From: Ignavibacteriota bacterium | GTDB lineage: Bacteria > Bacteroidota > Ignavibacteria > UBA10030 | Direction of reading: 5' to 3' | Assembly (NCBI GenBank): GCA_963701295.1 | Contig: OY969585.1 | Location: forward strand, 864,001 to 928,000 | DNA length: 64,000 nucleotides | Shown: positions 29,750-39,057 of the stretch, piece by piece | Position numbering within the stretch: the first letter of the stretch is position 1 | Layout: every line of letters starts with the position of its first letter | Notes under the pieces: model-generated | Told to the model about the DNA's origin: nothing | Databases searched by the model: none | Seen by the model: only the letters and a program-made list of their open reading frames with translations | Translations under genes and position numbers: made by a program

Positions 29750-32176
29750 TTATTTCGATTGCCCCATCATATCCAAATCTTCTGTAGGCAGCATGGGCAA
29801 TGATTCACCATTATGCTTTAATCGAAACTTTAGAAGTTCCGTCGTTGGATCGGCTAATGTCTTCGTTTCGGTGCCAAACAATTTCGGTGCGAACATGCTG
29901 AAATCTATCAATCCCTTCTTTGGCATTTCAACGATGGTAACACTCTGATCTTTTTGAATGCCTGCACGTTCCTTCGCAATGTTTATAGCGGTTTCCAGTC
30001 CACCAAGCACATCCACAAGGCCATTCTGCTTTCCATCCAATCCGCTCCAGACTCTTCCTTGTGCTATTGGTTCTATTTCATCGAACTTCTTTTTTCGTCC
30101 AAGCGACACTTTTTCTACGAATTCTTTATACATCGCTTTTATGCCAGCCTCTGCAATGGCCCGCTCTTCTGCGTTTAAGTTCCGATCAGGAATTCCCAAA
30201 CCTATGAATGGCAACCTGAATCCGAACCAAAAATCAGCGTGAGTGCCAACCTTCACAAAATCCGTGGACATACCGAGCGACTCTTTCAATCCCTTATTGT
30301 ACATCCATCCGCCAATAACTCCAATCGAGCCGGTAATAGTACCAGGAGCAGCAACAATGGTATCGGCATACATAGAGAGCCAGTAGCCGCCAGATGCCGC
30401 TACAAATCCCTGCGAGACAATGATCGGCTTTTTACCCTTTGCTTTCTTCATTGCTTCTGCAATATAATCCGATGCCATTGCATCGCCGCCGGGTGAATCG
30501 ACACGGAGTACTATCGCTTTTATGCGCGAATCGTCTACCGCCGCTTCAACATCTCTCACTAACCTGCGAGCCGTTATGCCTTCATCCATATCACAGGCAC
30601 CAAGCGCATAAATGATAGCAATATGTGGCGGCTCACTCCAATGATTATCGTATGGTAAATTGAATTTCACCAGTGAGCCGGAAGAAATGAATGAAGCATC
30701 GTTTCCCGTTTCTTTTTTCACAAGGTCTTTCACGACCTCCCATCTGCCGATTGAATCGATTAGTCCGCTTTCTCTCGCCTGTTGTGCCAAGAACAACACT
30801 TTTGTATTTACAAGCGTATCGAACTGTTGCGATGTCAAATGACGCGATTCACAAATATCGGTTACGGCAATTTTGTACCAATCATCAATAAGCTTCTGCA
30901 ATTGCTCGCGGTCTGCATCGGACATCTTATCCCGTGAAAGACTTTCGGCTGCCGATTTATATTTGAAGAATCGCCATTCATCAAATCCAATCCCAATTTT
31001 TTCCAATGTACCTTTGATGTAGGTCTTGCCAAATAAGTATCCTTCAAGCGTTAACATACCAAAGGGATCCATTACAATTTTATCTGCTACCGACGCAAAA
31101 TGATACAGATCGATTCCGCCGTGGTCAATAAAGATAAAAACTTTCTTTCCGGTTGTTTTGAAGTCCTTCAACTTCTCGCGCAGCTCCCACAGCTTTTCCC
31201 GATTCACTTCCATACCAGAGGTGTTGATGACAATACCGGCCACCGAGGGATCGTTCTTTGCTGCATCGATAGCATCGAGCAAGCTGGTAAGTGTTTGCGT
31301 TTTATCGAACCACTGGAAGCGTTGGTAATCAACTTCTCCGTTCAAATTCATCTCAACATACTTGCTTTGTTTCCCAAAATATGTATTGAAAATATTCCGG
31401 TCGTACGCACCAAGACGAATCCCGTATGAGTTATACGCATATTTCTGATTGGCGTCGTAGTGTGCCTGCGTTTCCAATCCTATATTCCCAAGACTGAATT
31501 GGAATCCGATGGTGAACGCATCCGTGTTGAAATAGCGGCCGGTAATTCGAACGCCGGGCATTGCTTCCACTGCAACACCTGCGCTCCACATATTTTCTTC
31601 CAACAGCGGTGTCCGGGAACGAACATATTCTGCGAAAACTGTCACCAATTCGTTCGAAAACGGACGTCCTGCAAGATCTCCCACGAGTTCATATCCTTTC
31701 GTGTTGAGCGCGCCTGCATATGTAACTCCGGTAGAAACGAATGGCAGGGGACGATACAGCGCGCCTAGGGTGAGGAGACTCGATTTGTCGAACGATGGAT
31801 TATTGGTAATCGTCCATCCATATGATATTCCAGTGCTAAGGGTTTTATCACCCATAGCCAGAGATAGACGATAATCAGCTACTGTTGCTCCTCCCACTTT
31901 CTCGTGCACCATGCCAAATCCTGCGCTGGGCAATCCAACAAACATTCCCCAACGCTCTGTTGGAGCATTCGCATCATTCCATGTGAAAAGAATATCCGGT
32001 TGACGAACATAGGAAAGCATAGCCGGATTATCATACCCGTATAAACCAAACTTTAACGCACCGGGTGATGCAAGAAGAAAATCGTTTCGGTCATAGTATG
32101 GCGAAAAAGTTGATTGGGCAACAGCAGAGCAATAAACACTGAAAATAAAAATTAATACAGCAATACATCGTTTCAT
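29750..32176 (-). CDS. sppA: Signal peptide peptidase SppA (S49) with extra N-terminal beta-rich domain
   Basis: KYKSAAE, LRVDSPGG, AASGGYW, TITGSIGV, AQGRVWSG, GLVDVLGG. Confidence 0.9.
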   Translation of the reverse strand: MKRCIAVLIFIFSVYCSAVAQSTFSPYYDRNDFLLASPGALKFGLYGYDNPAMLSYVRQPDILFTWNDANAPTERWGMFVGLPSAGFGMVHEKVGGATVADYRLSLAMGDKTLSTGISYGWTITNNPSFDKSSLLTLGALYRPLPFVSTGVTYAGALNTKGYELVGDLAGRPFSNELVTVFAEYVRSRTPLLEENMWSAGVAVEAMPGVRITGRYFNTDAFTIGFQFSLGNIGLETQAHYDANQKYAYNSYGIRLGAYDRNIFNTYFGKQSKYVEMNLNGEVDYQRFQWFDKTQTLTSLLDAIDAAKNDPSVAGIVINTSGMEVNREKLWELREKLKDFKTTGKKVFIFIDHGGIDLYHFASVADKIVMDPFGMLTLEGYLFGKTYIKGTLEKIGIGFDEWRFFKYKSAAESLSRDKMSDADREQLQKLIDDWYKIAVTDICESRHLTSQQFDTLVNTKVLFLAQQARESGLIDSIGRWEVVKDLVKKETGNDASFISSGSLVKFNLPYDNHWSEPPHIAIIYALGACDMDEGITARRLVRDVEAAVDDSRIKAIVLRVDSPGGDAMASDYIAEAMKKAKGKKPIIVSQGFVAASGGYWLSMYADTIVAAPGTITGSIGVIGGWMYNKGLKESLGMSTDFVKVGTHADFWFGFRLPFIGLGIPDRNLNAEERAIAEAGIKAMYKEFVEKVSLGRKKKFDEIEPIAQGRVWSGLDGKQNGLVDVLGGLETAINIAKERAGIQKDQSVTIVEMPKKGLIDFSMFAPKLFGTETKTLADPTTELLKFRLKHNGESLPMLPTEDLDMMGQSK

Positions 32177-32266
32177 CTTTTCCTCCGGAATGTTAGTGGT
32201 AATGGAGTAATTTACGGAAAATGTGGTAAAAAGTTATCCTTTCCGCCGGATTTTTTACGATTGTAA

Positions 32267-32316
32267 AGGCTTCCGATTTCTTCCCCAGCAAATTCATCGT
32301 AAGAAATCGGAAGTCT
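32267..32316. repeat. Palindromic REP-like hairpin, copy 1
   Basis: AGGCTTCCGATTTCTT-N18-AAGAAATCGGAAGTCT (16-bp stem with one G-U pair). Confidence 0.75.
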
Positions 32317-32437
32317 TGCTAGCCCGGCAAAGATATCGGGAATCTTATTTAAGGATGAATTATATCCAAAATTCAGTACCTTCTATCCACAAAATATTAT
32401 TTCTTCAAGAACCTCTCGTTATTTCATCGGAGACCGT

Positions 32438-33556
32438 ATGACAAAATATAAAATTGCGTGGCTCCCCGGGGACGGTATCGGTGTTGATGTACTCGATGCC
32501 GCAAAAATCGTCCTCGATAAAATTCAGCTTGACGCAGAGTACATTCATGGCGACATTGGATGGGAATTTTGGTGCAGGGAAGGAGATGCATTTCCTCAAC
32601 GCACCATCGACTTGCTGAAAAATGTCGATGCTGCTGTGTTCGGCGCAATCACTTCTAAACCGGTGAAAGCAGCGCAAGCTGAATTGATTCCTCAACTTCA
32701 AACCAAAGGATTAACGTACCGCTCACCCATCGTTCGCATGCGGCAAATGTTTGATCTCTATAATTGCCTGCGCCCTTGCAAAGCTTATCCCGACAATCCG
32801 CTCAACTTCAAAGAAGGCATCGATCTTGTAGTCTTCCGCGAAAACACAGAAGATCTCTATGCGGGTGTCGAGTTCGCTCCGCCCCCACAAGAATTGGTCG
32901 ATGTCCTCAGCAAGACTTCAAAACCATTTGCGCCATTTGCCAAACTTCCCCTTGATCAATATGCAATCTCATGCAAAATCAACACGAGAACAGGAAGCGA
33001 ACGGATTGTGAAAGCGGCATTCGACTTTGCGCGCACATTCAAGCGAAAGAAAGTTACCATTGTTCACAAAGCGAACGTTGTGCGCGCGAGCGATGGTTTA
33101 TTTCTCGAAGTTGCACAGGATGTCGCCAAACAGTATCCCGAAATTCAAACGGACGATGCCAATATCGACGCGATGACGATGTGGCTGCTGAAGAATCCTT
33201 TTCATTATGATGTGCTTGTCGCACCGAATTTATACGGCGACATCATCTCCGACCTCTGTGCGCAGATGGTAGGCGGACTCGGGTTCGGCTGTTCCGGAAA
33301 CATTGGCACCAAGTTAGCAGTGTTCGAGCCGACACACGGCTCCGCTCCGAAGTATGCCGGACAATACAAAGTGAATCCCATTGCTACCATTCTTGCCGTG
33401 AAGATGATGCTAGATTGGTTGCGTGAGACAGAGAAAAGTGCACGGCTCGAAAACGCCGTCGCTGCCGTCATTCAAGAAGGAATAATACGCACATACGATA
33501 TAGGCGGCACTGCGAGTACGCTCAATATGGCAAATGCAATTGCTGAAAGAATATAG
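32438..33556 (+). CDS. Beta-decarboxylating dehydrogenase, isocitrate/isopropylmalate family (homoisocitrate dehydrogenase-like)
   Basis: LPGDGIG, YRSPIVRMRQMFDLY..LRP, RENTEDLY, HKANV, NLYGDIISD, FEPTHGSAP, NPIA. Confidence 0.9.
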   Translation: MTKYKIAWLPGDGIGVDVLDAAKIVLDKIQLDAEYIHGDIGWEFWCREGDAFPQRTIDLLKNVDAAVFGAITSKPVKAAQAELIPQLQTKGLTYRSPIVRMRQMFDLYNCLRPCKAYPDNPLNFKEGIDLVVFRENTEDLYAGVEFAPPPQELVDVLSKTSKPFAPFAKLPLDQYAISCKINTRTGSERIVKAAFDFARTFKRKKVTIVHKANVVRASDGLFLEVAQDVAKQYPEIQTDDANIDAMTMWLLKNPFHYDVLVAPNLYGDIISDLCAQMVGGLGFGCSGNIGTKLAVFEPTHGSAPKYAGQYKVNPIATILAVKMMLDWLRETEKSARLENAVAAVIQEGIIRTYDIGGTASTLNMANAIAERI

Positions 33557-33798
33557 AAAAACCTTCTCGTTTTTACATTTTTCCGATTTCTCATCGGAAT
33601 AATCCGATACTTAAATGAGAATAGAGTACGTAGACATTTACCTTGGAAGTATTTAATTGTATTCCATAAAAAATTTTCCTATTGTATCACAGATCACTTC
33701 AATAATTTAGAAAATGCTATAATCTGTATACAGCATGTGGCAATATTTTTGTATCATGAAATAATTGTCGATACACTCATTCATTACTTAAAGGAGCA

Positions 33799-34833
33799 AT
33801 GTTTATGAAAAAACTTTTAACATCTTTTTCCATGCTTGCGATCATCATCTGTTTGCTGATGATCGCCGGTTGTGATAAAACAAATACTCAATGCCCTGTA
33901 TGCCCAGCAGGGTCTGGCGTCACAACATATAAGGTAACCGCGACGGTACTCGGACCTTCTGGTGCACCACTAGGAGGTGCGACACTCGCATTGGTGAATC
34001 CTCCCAATCAAACAGGTACATTCTCAACTTTGACAGATAGCGCCGGAAATGGAACCATCGATGCCCCTGCCGGGTCACAACAGTTAATCGCAACATTAGG
34101 AATATTTCAAGCAACAATTAACATAACGGTTAATGTTAATACTACGAATATCCCACAAACTGTTGGAACAATTAAACTCCAGCAAAATACAACGCTTGGA
34201 AAGACCTTAGTGATCTATGCCGGCTGCGAGGAGATAGAGAACGTATTAGCAGACACGAGTATTGCTTACACAAAGTTTGATCACACAACTGTTGATTCCA
34301 TGCGGATACGAGTCGCCGCCGATTCAGTTGCTGTTTTGAACTATCTCAAACAATATGCGATCGTGTTTTCCGATTGCAACTGCGGCGATGAGTATAATTA
34401 CCCGTTGCTTGCGAGAGTGTACGGACAATACGTAAAGCAAGGTGGAAGAATCTATGGCGGACACTACAATTACATGAATTTGCAGAATATTTTCCCCCCC
34501 TATTATCAGACGGAGGTATACGGTTACGGGGATTCGCTGAAAATTATTAATACGACCCTGAGTACCGCTTTAGGATATACTGTCATTCAATTCGATGGCT
34601 TGTCGAGCTATGAGCTCTGGTCCGATTTGCCTGGATCCAGCACTACAACAGTCTATGCTGTCATGACCAGTTCACCTGGATCTGCCTCATCTCCTCAAGG
34701 GATTCCAATTATTGTTGAAAATAGGTTAGGGACTGGCAAATATCTGTGGACGGCATACCATAATCAAGATATTTTAGCTGATCCTCGTTTAGTCAGGATC
34801 GTTCGGTATTTTCTTTACGCCATGGCCCAATAA
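33799..34833 (+). CDS. Hypothetical lipoprotein with carboxypeptidase-regulatory-like beta-sandwich
   Basis: SD AAGGAG; lipobox IAGC; VLGPSGAPLGGATLAL...TDSAGNG motif; alpha/beta C-terminal domain. Confidence 0.75.
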   Translation: MFMKKLLTSFSMLAIIICLLMIAGCDKTNTQCPVCPAGSGVTTYKVTATVLGPSGAPLGGATLALVNPPNQTGTFSTLTDSAGNGTIDAPAGSQQLIATLGIFQATINITVNVNTTNIPQTVGTIKLQQNTTLGKTLVIYAGCEEIENVLADTSIAYTKFDHTTVDSMRIRVAADSVAVLNYLKQYAIVFSDCNCGDEYNYPLLARVYGQYVKQGGRIYGGHYNYMNLQNIFPPYYQTEVYGYGDSLKIINTTLSTALGYTVIQFDGLSSYELWSDLPGSSTTTVYAVMTSSPGSASSPQGIPIIVENRLGTGKYLWTAYHNQDILADPRLVRIVRYFLYAMAQ

Positions 34834-34849
34834 ACATCCCTTTCACTTT

Positions 34850-34884
34850 AAAGCCGATTCAAACATCTTGAATCGGCTTTTTTT
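34850..34884 (+). terminator. Rho-independent terminator
   Basis: AAAGCCGATTCAA-N5-TTGAATCGGCTTT plus TTTT. Confidence 0.85.
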
Positions 34885-35070
34885 GTACCTGATTGTATTC
34901 TCCATTTCATAGAATGTCTCTCCGCTTTCCTCTTTCTTTATTCTCCACCAGTGGCAAAATAGAAAACATCTTAATACCTTATTCCACATATATTATTTAG
35001 AGTTATTTTCACATCGGACGATGGAAGAACATAACCCGAGAAATTCATTATTCTAGAGAAGGAATTTTTC

Positions 35071-36003
35071 ATGAAAACCACTACAGTTTTGCGTAAAGCA
35101 ATTATGAAACGCCGCGCTGTTGTTGTGCCCGGTGCGCATGACGCGCTCAGTGCAAGAGTCATCGAACAATGCGGGTTTGAAGCAATTCAGGTCTCCGGCT
35201 ATGGATTAGCCGGATCCATTCTTGCGAAACCGGATGTCGGTCTGGTGCAGATGAAAGACGTGCTCGATATGACTTGGAATATCGTGCAAGCTGTCGACAT
35301 TCCAGTGATGGCGGATATCGATACCGGCGGCGGTAATGCGATAAACGCCGCATGGATTACCAAGAGACTTATTCTTATGGGAGTTGCGGGAATGAACATC
35401 GAGGATCAGGTTTTTCCAAAACGCTGCGGCCATATGTCCGGCAAAGAAGTGATTTCCGCAGAAGAGATGGCGGGAAAAATCCGGGCTTGTGCAGAGATTC
35501 GTAACAAGTTAGACAAAGACTTTATTATCAACGCACGCACCGATGTGTTCGCTCTCGCAGGATTGGATGAAGCCATCCGCCGCTGCAACTTATATATTAA
35601 AGCCGGCGCCGACTTGGCTTTTATCGATGGTATTAAGACAAAAGCTGATATTCAACGTGCCGTCAAAGAAATCAAAGGTCCGCTTTCTGTAAATCTCATG
35701 GATGCGATCTCCGGTATGAAGACCGAGCTGATTTCGATTCCTGAATTAGCTACGATGAAAGTCGGGCGTGTATCGATACCAGTTGCATCGATTATGGTGA
35801 CACACAAAGCGCTGATGACTTTCTTCACCACACTTAAAGCATCGCCGACGGGCATTTTGGCCGGACAAATTCAGTGGGCATCATCATTCGAAGAATATAC
35901 AGATTTCGTCGATCTAAAAGAATACCGCAGCATGGAAAATAAATTCTTGCCTCAAGACCGGCTCGATGGCAAATATCAGGGCGTTAAGAAGATTGTCGAA
36001 TAA
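35071..36003 (+). CDS. Isocitrate lyase / PEP mutase family C-C lyase (PrpB / 2,3-dimethylmalate lyase-like)
   Basis: PGAHDALSAR, ADIDTGGG, IEDQVFPKRCGH, INARTD, AGAD. Confidence 0.9.
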   Translation: MKTTTVLRKAIMKRRAVVVPGAHDALSARVIEQCGFEAIQVSGYGLAGSILAKPDVGLVQMKDVLDMTWNIVQAVDIPVMADIDTGGGNAINAAWITKRLILMGVAGMNIEDQVFPKRCGHMSGKEVISAEEMAGKIRACAEIRNKLDKDFIINARTDVFALAGLDEAIRRCNLYIKAGADLAFIDGIKTKADIQRAVKEIKGPLSVNLMDAISGMKTELISIPELATMKVGRVSIPVASIMVTHKALMTFFTTLKASPTGILAGQIQWASSFEEYTDFVDLKEYRSMENKFLPQDRLDGKYQGVKKIVE

Positions 36004-36101
36004 AAATATTTTGAGTTCAGAAAGCGAATATACGGTCGTTGTTGTTATCATTATTTCGCTTTCATTCAATAAGAACTTGCACAAATGCAGGAGACAACGT
36101 A

Positions 36102-36470
36102 ATGGCGGGTGTATACGAACTGGATCATAAAGGCAAAACTATTGTATGTTTGGATATTGCAGGTTTACAATCACAAGATAAGCCGGAGTTCCATAAACTT
36201 GTTGCACAAGCAAAACAGAATATCCGAAAACATCCTCCAAAATCAGCGCTCGTCATTACGAATGTCACAAACACCGGATTTGATACAGAGATATCTGGAA
36301 TAATTAATGAGTATGCACAGCATAACACTCCCTACGTCAAGGCTAGTGCAATCGTCGGAATATCGGGATGGGCAAAAATAATCCTGATAGCAATTAAAAC
36401 TGTAACTGGCAGGGATTTTTTCCTTGCAAACACAATGGAAGAAGCGAAGGAGTGGCTGGTACAACAATGA
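36102..36470 (+). CDS. Small STAS/SEC14 (SpoIIAA-like) domain protein
   Basis: SD AGGAG before ATG 36102; PYVKASAIVG and ...EEAKEWL C-terminal motif. Confidence 0.65.
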   Translation: MAGVYELDHKGKTIVCLDIAGLQSQDKPEFHKLVAQAKQNIRKHPPKSALVITNVTNTGFDTEISGIINEYAQHNTPYVKASAIVGISGWAKIILIAIKTVTGRDFFLANTMEEAKEWLVQQ

Positions 36471-36473
36471 TGA

Positions 36474-36594
36474 CAGGTTTCCGAATTCTATCGGCGCCCG
36501 AACTAAGAAAGAAATCGGAAATCTGACACTGATTGCGACCTGATAGACTTCCGAATTCTTTCAGCGTTTTAACCGGAAGAGAATTCGGAAGTTT
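36474..36594. repeat. Palindromic REP-like hairpins, copies 2 and 3 in tandem
   Basis: CAGGTTTCCGAATTCT-N20-AGAAATCGGAAATCTG (36474-36525) and AGACTTCCGAATTCTTT-N16-AGAGAATTCGGAAGTTT (36545-36594). Confidence 0.75.
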
Positions 36595-36614
36595 TTGTAA
36601 AAAAGGAGTTCTAT

Positions 36615-37907
36615 ATGGGAATGACCGTTGTTGAAAAAATCCTTGCTCGAGCTTCAGGTGTATCATCCGTAAAAGCCGGAGATATCGTTGAGCCAAAAGT
36701 TGATCTCGCCATGTCGCATGAAAATGCCGCACTCGTAATCAACCAATTCCTTGAGATCTATCAAAACACAGGCCTCATGCCAAAAATCTGGAACTCATCG
36801 AAAGTTAGCATCATTTTCGATCACCGTGTGCCGGCAGAATCACCGAAAACGGCGTCGAATCAGAAAAAGATCCGTGAGTTTGTTACTGTGAACAAGATTG
36901 CAAAATTTCATGACGTACGAGGCGATGTAGGCGGAATTTGTCATCAAGTGTTGCCGGAAAATGGATATATAAGACCCGGATTTGTAGTGGTCGGCACAGA
37001 TTCACATACGACGAGTCACGGTGCGCTCGGTGCTTTTGCATTTGGTATCGGCGCAACCGAGATGGCAAGTGTGTGGGCACTTGGTTGTGTGTTGAATGTC
37101 GAAGTGCCGGCAACTATCAAAGTGAATGTTACCGGTAAGTTTAAAAAATTTGTCGGGCCAAAAGATCTTATTCTTCACCTTATTGGCAACTTATCAGCGG
37201 AAGGTGCAAATTTTAAGGTGATCGAATTCCACGGGCCAACCATCAAGAAAATGTCTACCTCCGGCCGTCTTGCCATTTGCAATATGTCGGTGGAAGCAGG
37301 AGCAACGAGCGGTATTGTTCCTGCCGATGATGAAACCGTCCGTTACCTTCGCGAAGAAGCTGGTATGAAAGGAAAGATTCATCTTGTCGTTCCAGATAAC
37401 GATGCAGCCTTTGAACGTATCGTCGACATCGATGTATCGAAGCTTGAACCGCAGATCGCTTGTCCGCATACTGTTGACAATGTGAAACCAATCAAAGAAG
37501 TGAAGGGCACAAAGGTTCATCAGATCGTCATCGGTTCATGCACCAATGGCCGGTTGGATGATCTTGAGATTGCTGCGAAGATCATAAAAGGTAAAAAGGT
37601 GGCACAAAGAGTACGCATGCTTATCTTTCCTGCCTCAGCTCGAATTTATAATCAGGCGCTCGCAAAAGGATATATTGGAGAATTCATGAAAGCAGGTGCC
37701 GTAGTGATGAATTCTGGCTGCGGTCCTTGTCTTGGTATCCACGAAGGTGCACTCGGGGACGGAGAAGTTGCACTCTCAACAACCAATAGAAATTTTAAAG
37801 GACGCATGGGCAACCCGAAATCAGAAGTGTACCTTTGCTCGCCGGCAGTAGCTGCTGCATCGGCAATTAAAGGAGTCATCACTGATCCCACAAAAATAAA
37901 ACTGTGA
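36615..37907 (+). CDS. LeuC/HacA/DmdA-family dehydratase-isomerase large subunit
   Basis: FDH, GTDSHT, NMSVEAGA, IGSCTNGR, GCGPCLG (three Fe-S Cys), TNRNFKGRMG; short archaeal-type length of 430 aa. Confidence 0.93.
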   Translation: MGMTVVEKILARASGVSSVKAGDIVEPKVDLAMSHENAALVINQFLEIYQNTGLMPKIWNSSKVSIIFDHRVPAESPKTASNQKKIREFVTVNKIAKFHDVRGDVGGICHQVLPENGYIRPGFVVVGTDSHTTSHGALGAFAFGIGATEMASVWALGCVLNVEVPATIKVNVTGKFKKFVGPKDLILHLIGNLSAEGANFKVIEFHGPTIKKMSTSGRLAICNMSVEAGATSGIVPADDETVRYLREEAGMKGKIHLVVPDNDAAFERIVDIDVSKLEPQIACPHTVDNVKPIKEVKGTKVHQIVIGSCTNGRLDDLEIAAKIIKGKKVAQRVRMLIFPASARIYNQALAKGYIGEFMKAGAVVMNSGCGPCLGIHEGALGDGEVALSTTNRNFKGRMGNPKSEVYLCSPAVAAASAIKGVITDPTKIKL

Positions 37908-37912
37908 AAACA

Positions 37913-38003
37913 CAAATCACAATTATTCATTCGTCATGAGTTTGACTTTTGTAATTTGAATATTTGAATTCGTTTTGGATTTGTGATTTGGAATTTGAGA
38001 TTT
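37913..38003. repeat. Degenerate ATTTGNN heptamer repeats with a 10-bp inverted partner
   Basis: ATTTGTG ATTTGGA ATTTGAG ATTT, plus ATTTGAA x2; CAAATCACAA (37913-22) pairs with TTGTGATTTG (37981-90). Confidence 0.55.
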
Positions 38004-38028
38004 CTTACTCAGGCTAAAGGAGAATTTT

Positions 38029-38529
38029 ATGTCACAGGTTATCTATAAACTTGGCGATAATATTTCAACCGACATTATTTATCCGGGCCGTTATATGGCT
38101 ACAGTACTTCCGACAGAGACACCTCAATTCGCCTTTGCCGACATCAAAGAATTGAATGAAAAATTAAACACGAAACAGATCTCTCCCGGAAGTATTATTG
38201 TCGGTGGAAAGAACTTTGGATGCGGCTCCTCACGTGAGCAAGCGGTCTCGGCGCTCAAGGGGCACGAGATTATTATCATCGCGCGCAACTTTGCTCGCAT
38301 CTTTTTTCAGAACAGCATTAATCTTGGATTACAAACTATTACTTGTCCAGATGTAGAAGCAAATGAAGGAGACGAGCTTGAGATCGCAGCAAGGGAATTG
38401 GTAAACAAAACAAGCGGTAAGTCATTCCAGATCGAACCAATGCCAAAAGCACGCCAAGCCATCATCGAAGCCGGCGGATTGATCGCATATACAAGAAAAC
38501 GAGTCATGAAGAGAGCGAATCTGAGATAG
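38029..38529 (+). CDS. LeuD/HacB-family small subunit
   Basis: DNISTDIIYPGRY, NFGCGSSREQA, FARIFFQNSINLG, AGGLI. Confidence 0.93.
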   Translation: MSQVIYKLGDNISTDIIYPGRYMATVLPTETPQFAFADIKELNEKLNTKQISPGSIIVGGKNFGCGSSREQAVSALKGHEIIIIARNFARIFFQNSINLGLQTITCPDVEANEGDELEIAARELVNKTSGKSFQIEPMPKARQAIIEAGGLIAYTRKRVMKRANLR

Positions 38530-38593
38530 CAGGCTTGCGGTGCGCTTGTACTTGGCTGTATCTGACGGAAGATATAGCACAAATAGCATATGT

Positions 38594-39019
38594 ATGATCA
38601 TCCAAAAAGAAATAACGCTTCGTGCACAAAACCGCGGATTTTATCTCGTTACTTCTGAAATTGTTTCTCAGATTCCGGAGTTACAGAATATCCAAAGTGG
38701 GCTTCTCCATGTTTTTATCAAGCATTCATCAGCATCACTCACGCTCAATGAAAATGCCGATCCGACTGTCCGAAAGGATTTTGAAAGTCATTTCAACAAG
38801 GCGGTTCCCGAAAATGCTTCCTATTTTGAGCATAACACAGAAGGTTCTGATGATATGCCGGCACATCTCAAAGCATCGATTCTCGGCAGCAGTGTATCGA
38901 TCCCGGTAACGGATGGAAGATTAAATCTCGGCACATGGCAGGGAATTTATTTCTGCGAGCATCGTAATTATGGTGGACCAAGAGAATTAATTTTGACGCT
39001 GATGGGAGAAGAGAAATAA
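38594..39019 (+). CDS. yjbQ: YjbQ / UPF0047 family protein
   Basis: HSSASLTLNENADP, EGSDDMPAHLK, LGTWQGIYFCE; start at ATG 38594. Confidence 0.92.
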   Translation: MIIQKEITLRAQNRGFYLVTSEIVSQIPELQNIQSGLLHVFIKHSSASLTLNENADPTVRKDFESHFNKAVPENASYFEHNTEGSDDMPAHLKASILGSSVSIPVTDGRLNLGTWQGIYFCEHRNYGGPRELILTLMGEEK

Positions 39020-39057
39020 AAATTATCCGAAGTACAGATTTAAACGATCGAATATTA

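Noticed and set aside
36474-36594. CRISPR array
   Set aside because: The repeats are inverted arms with variable sequence, only two hairpins here, and no cas genes are present.
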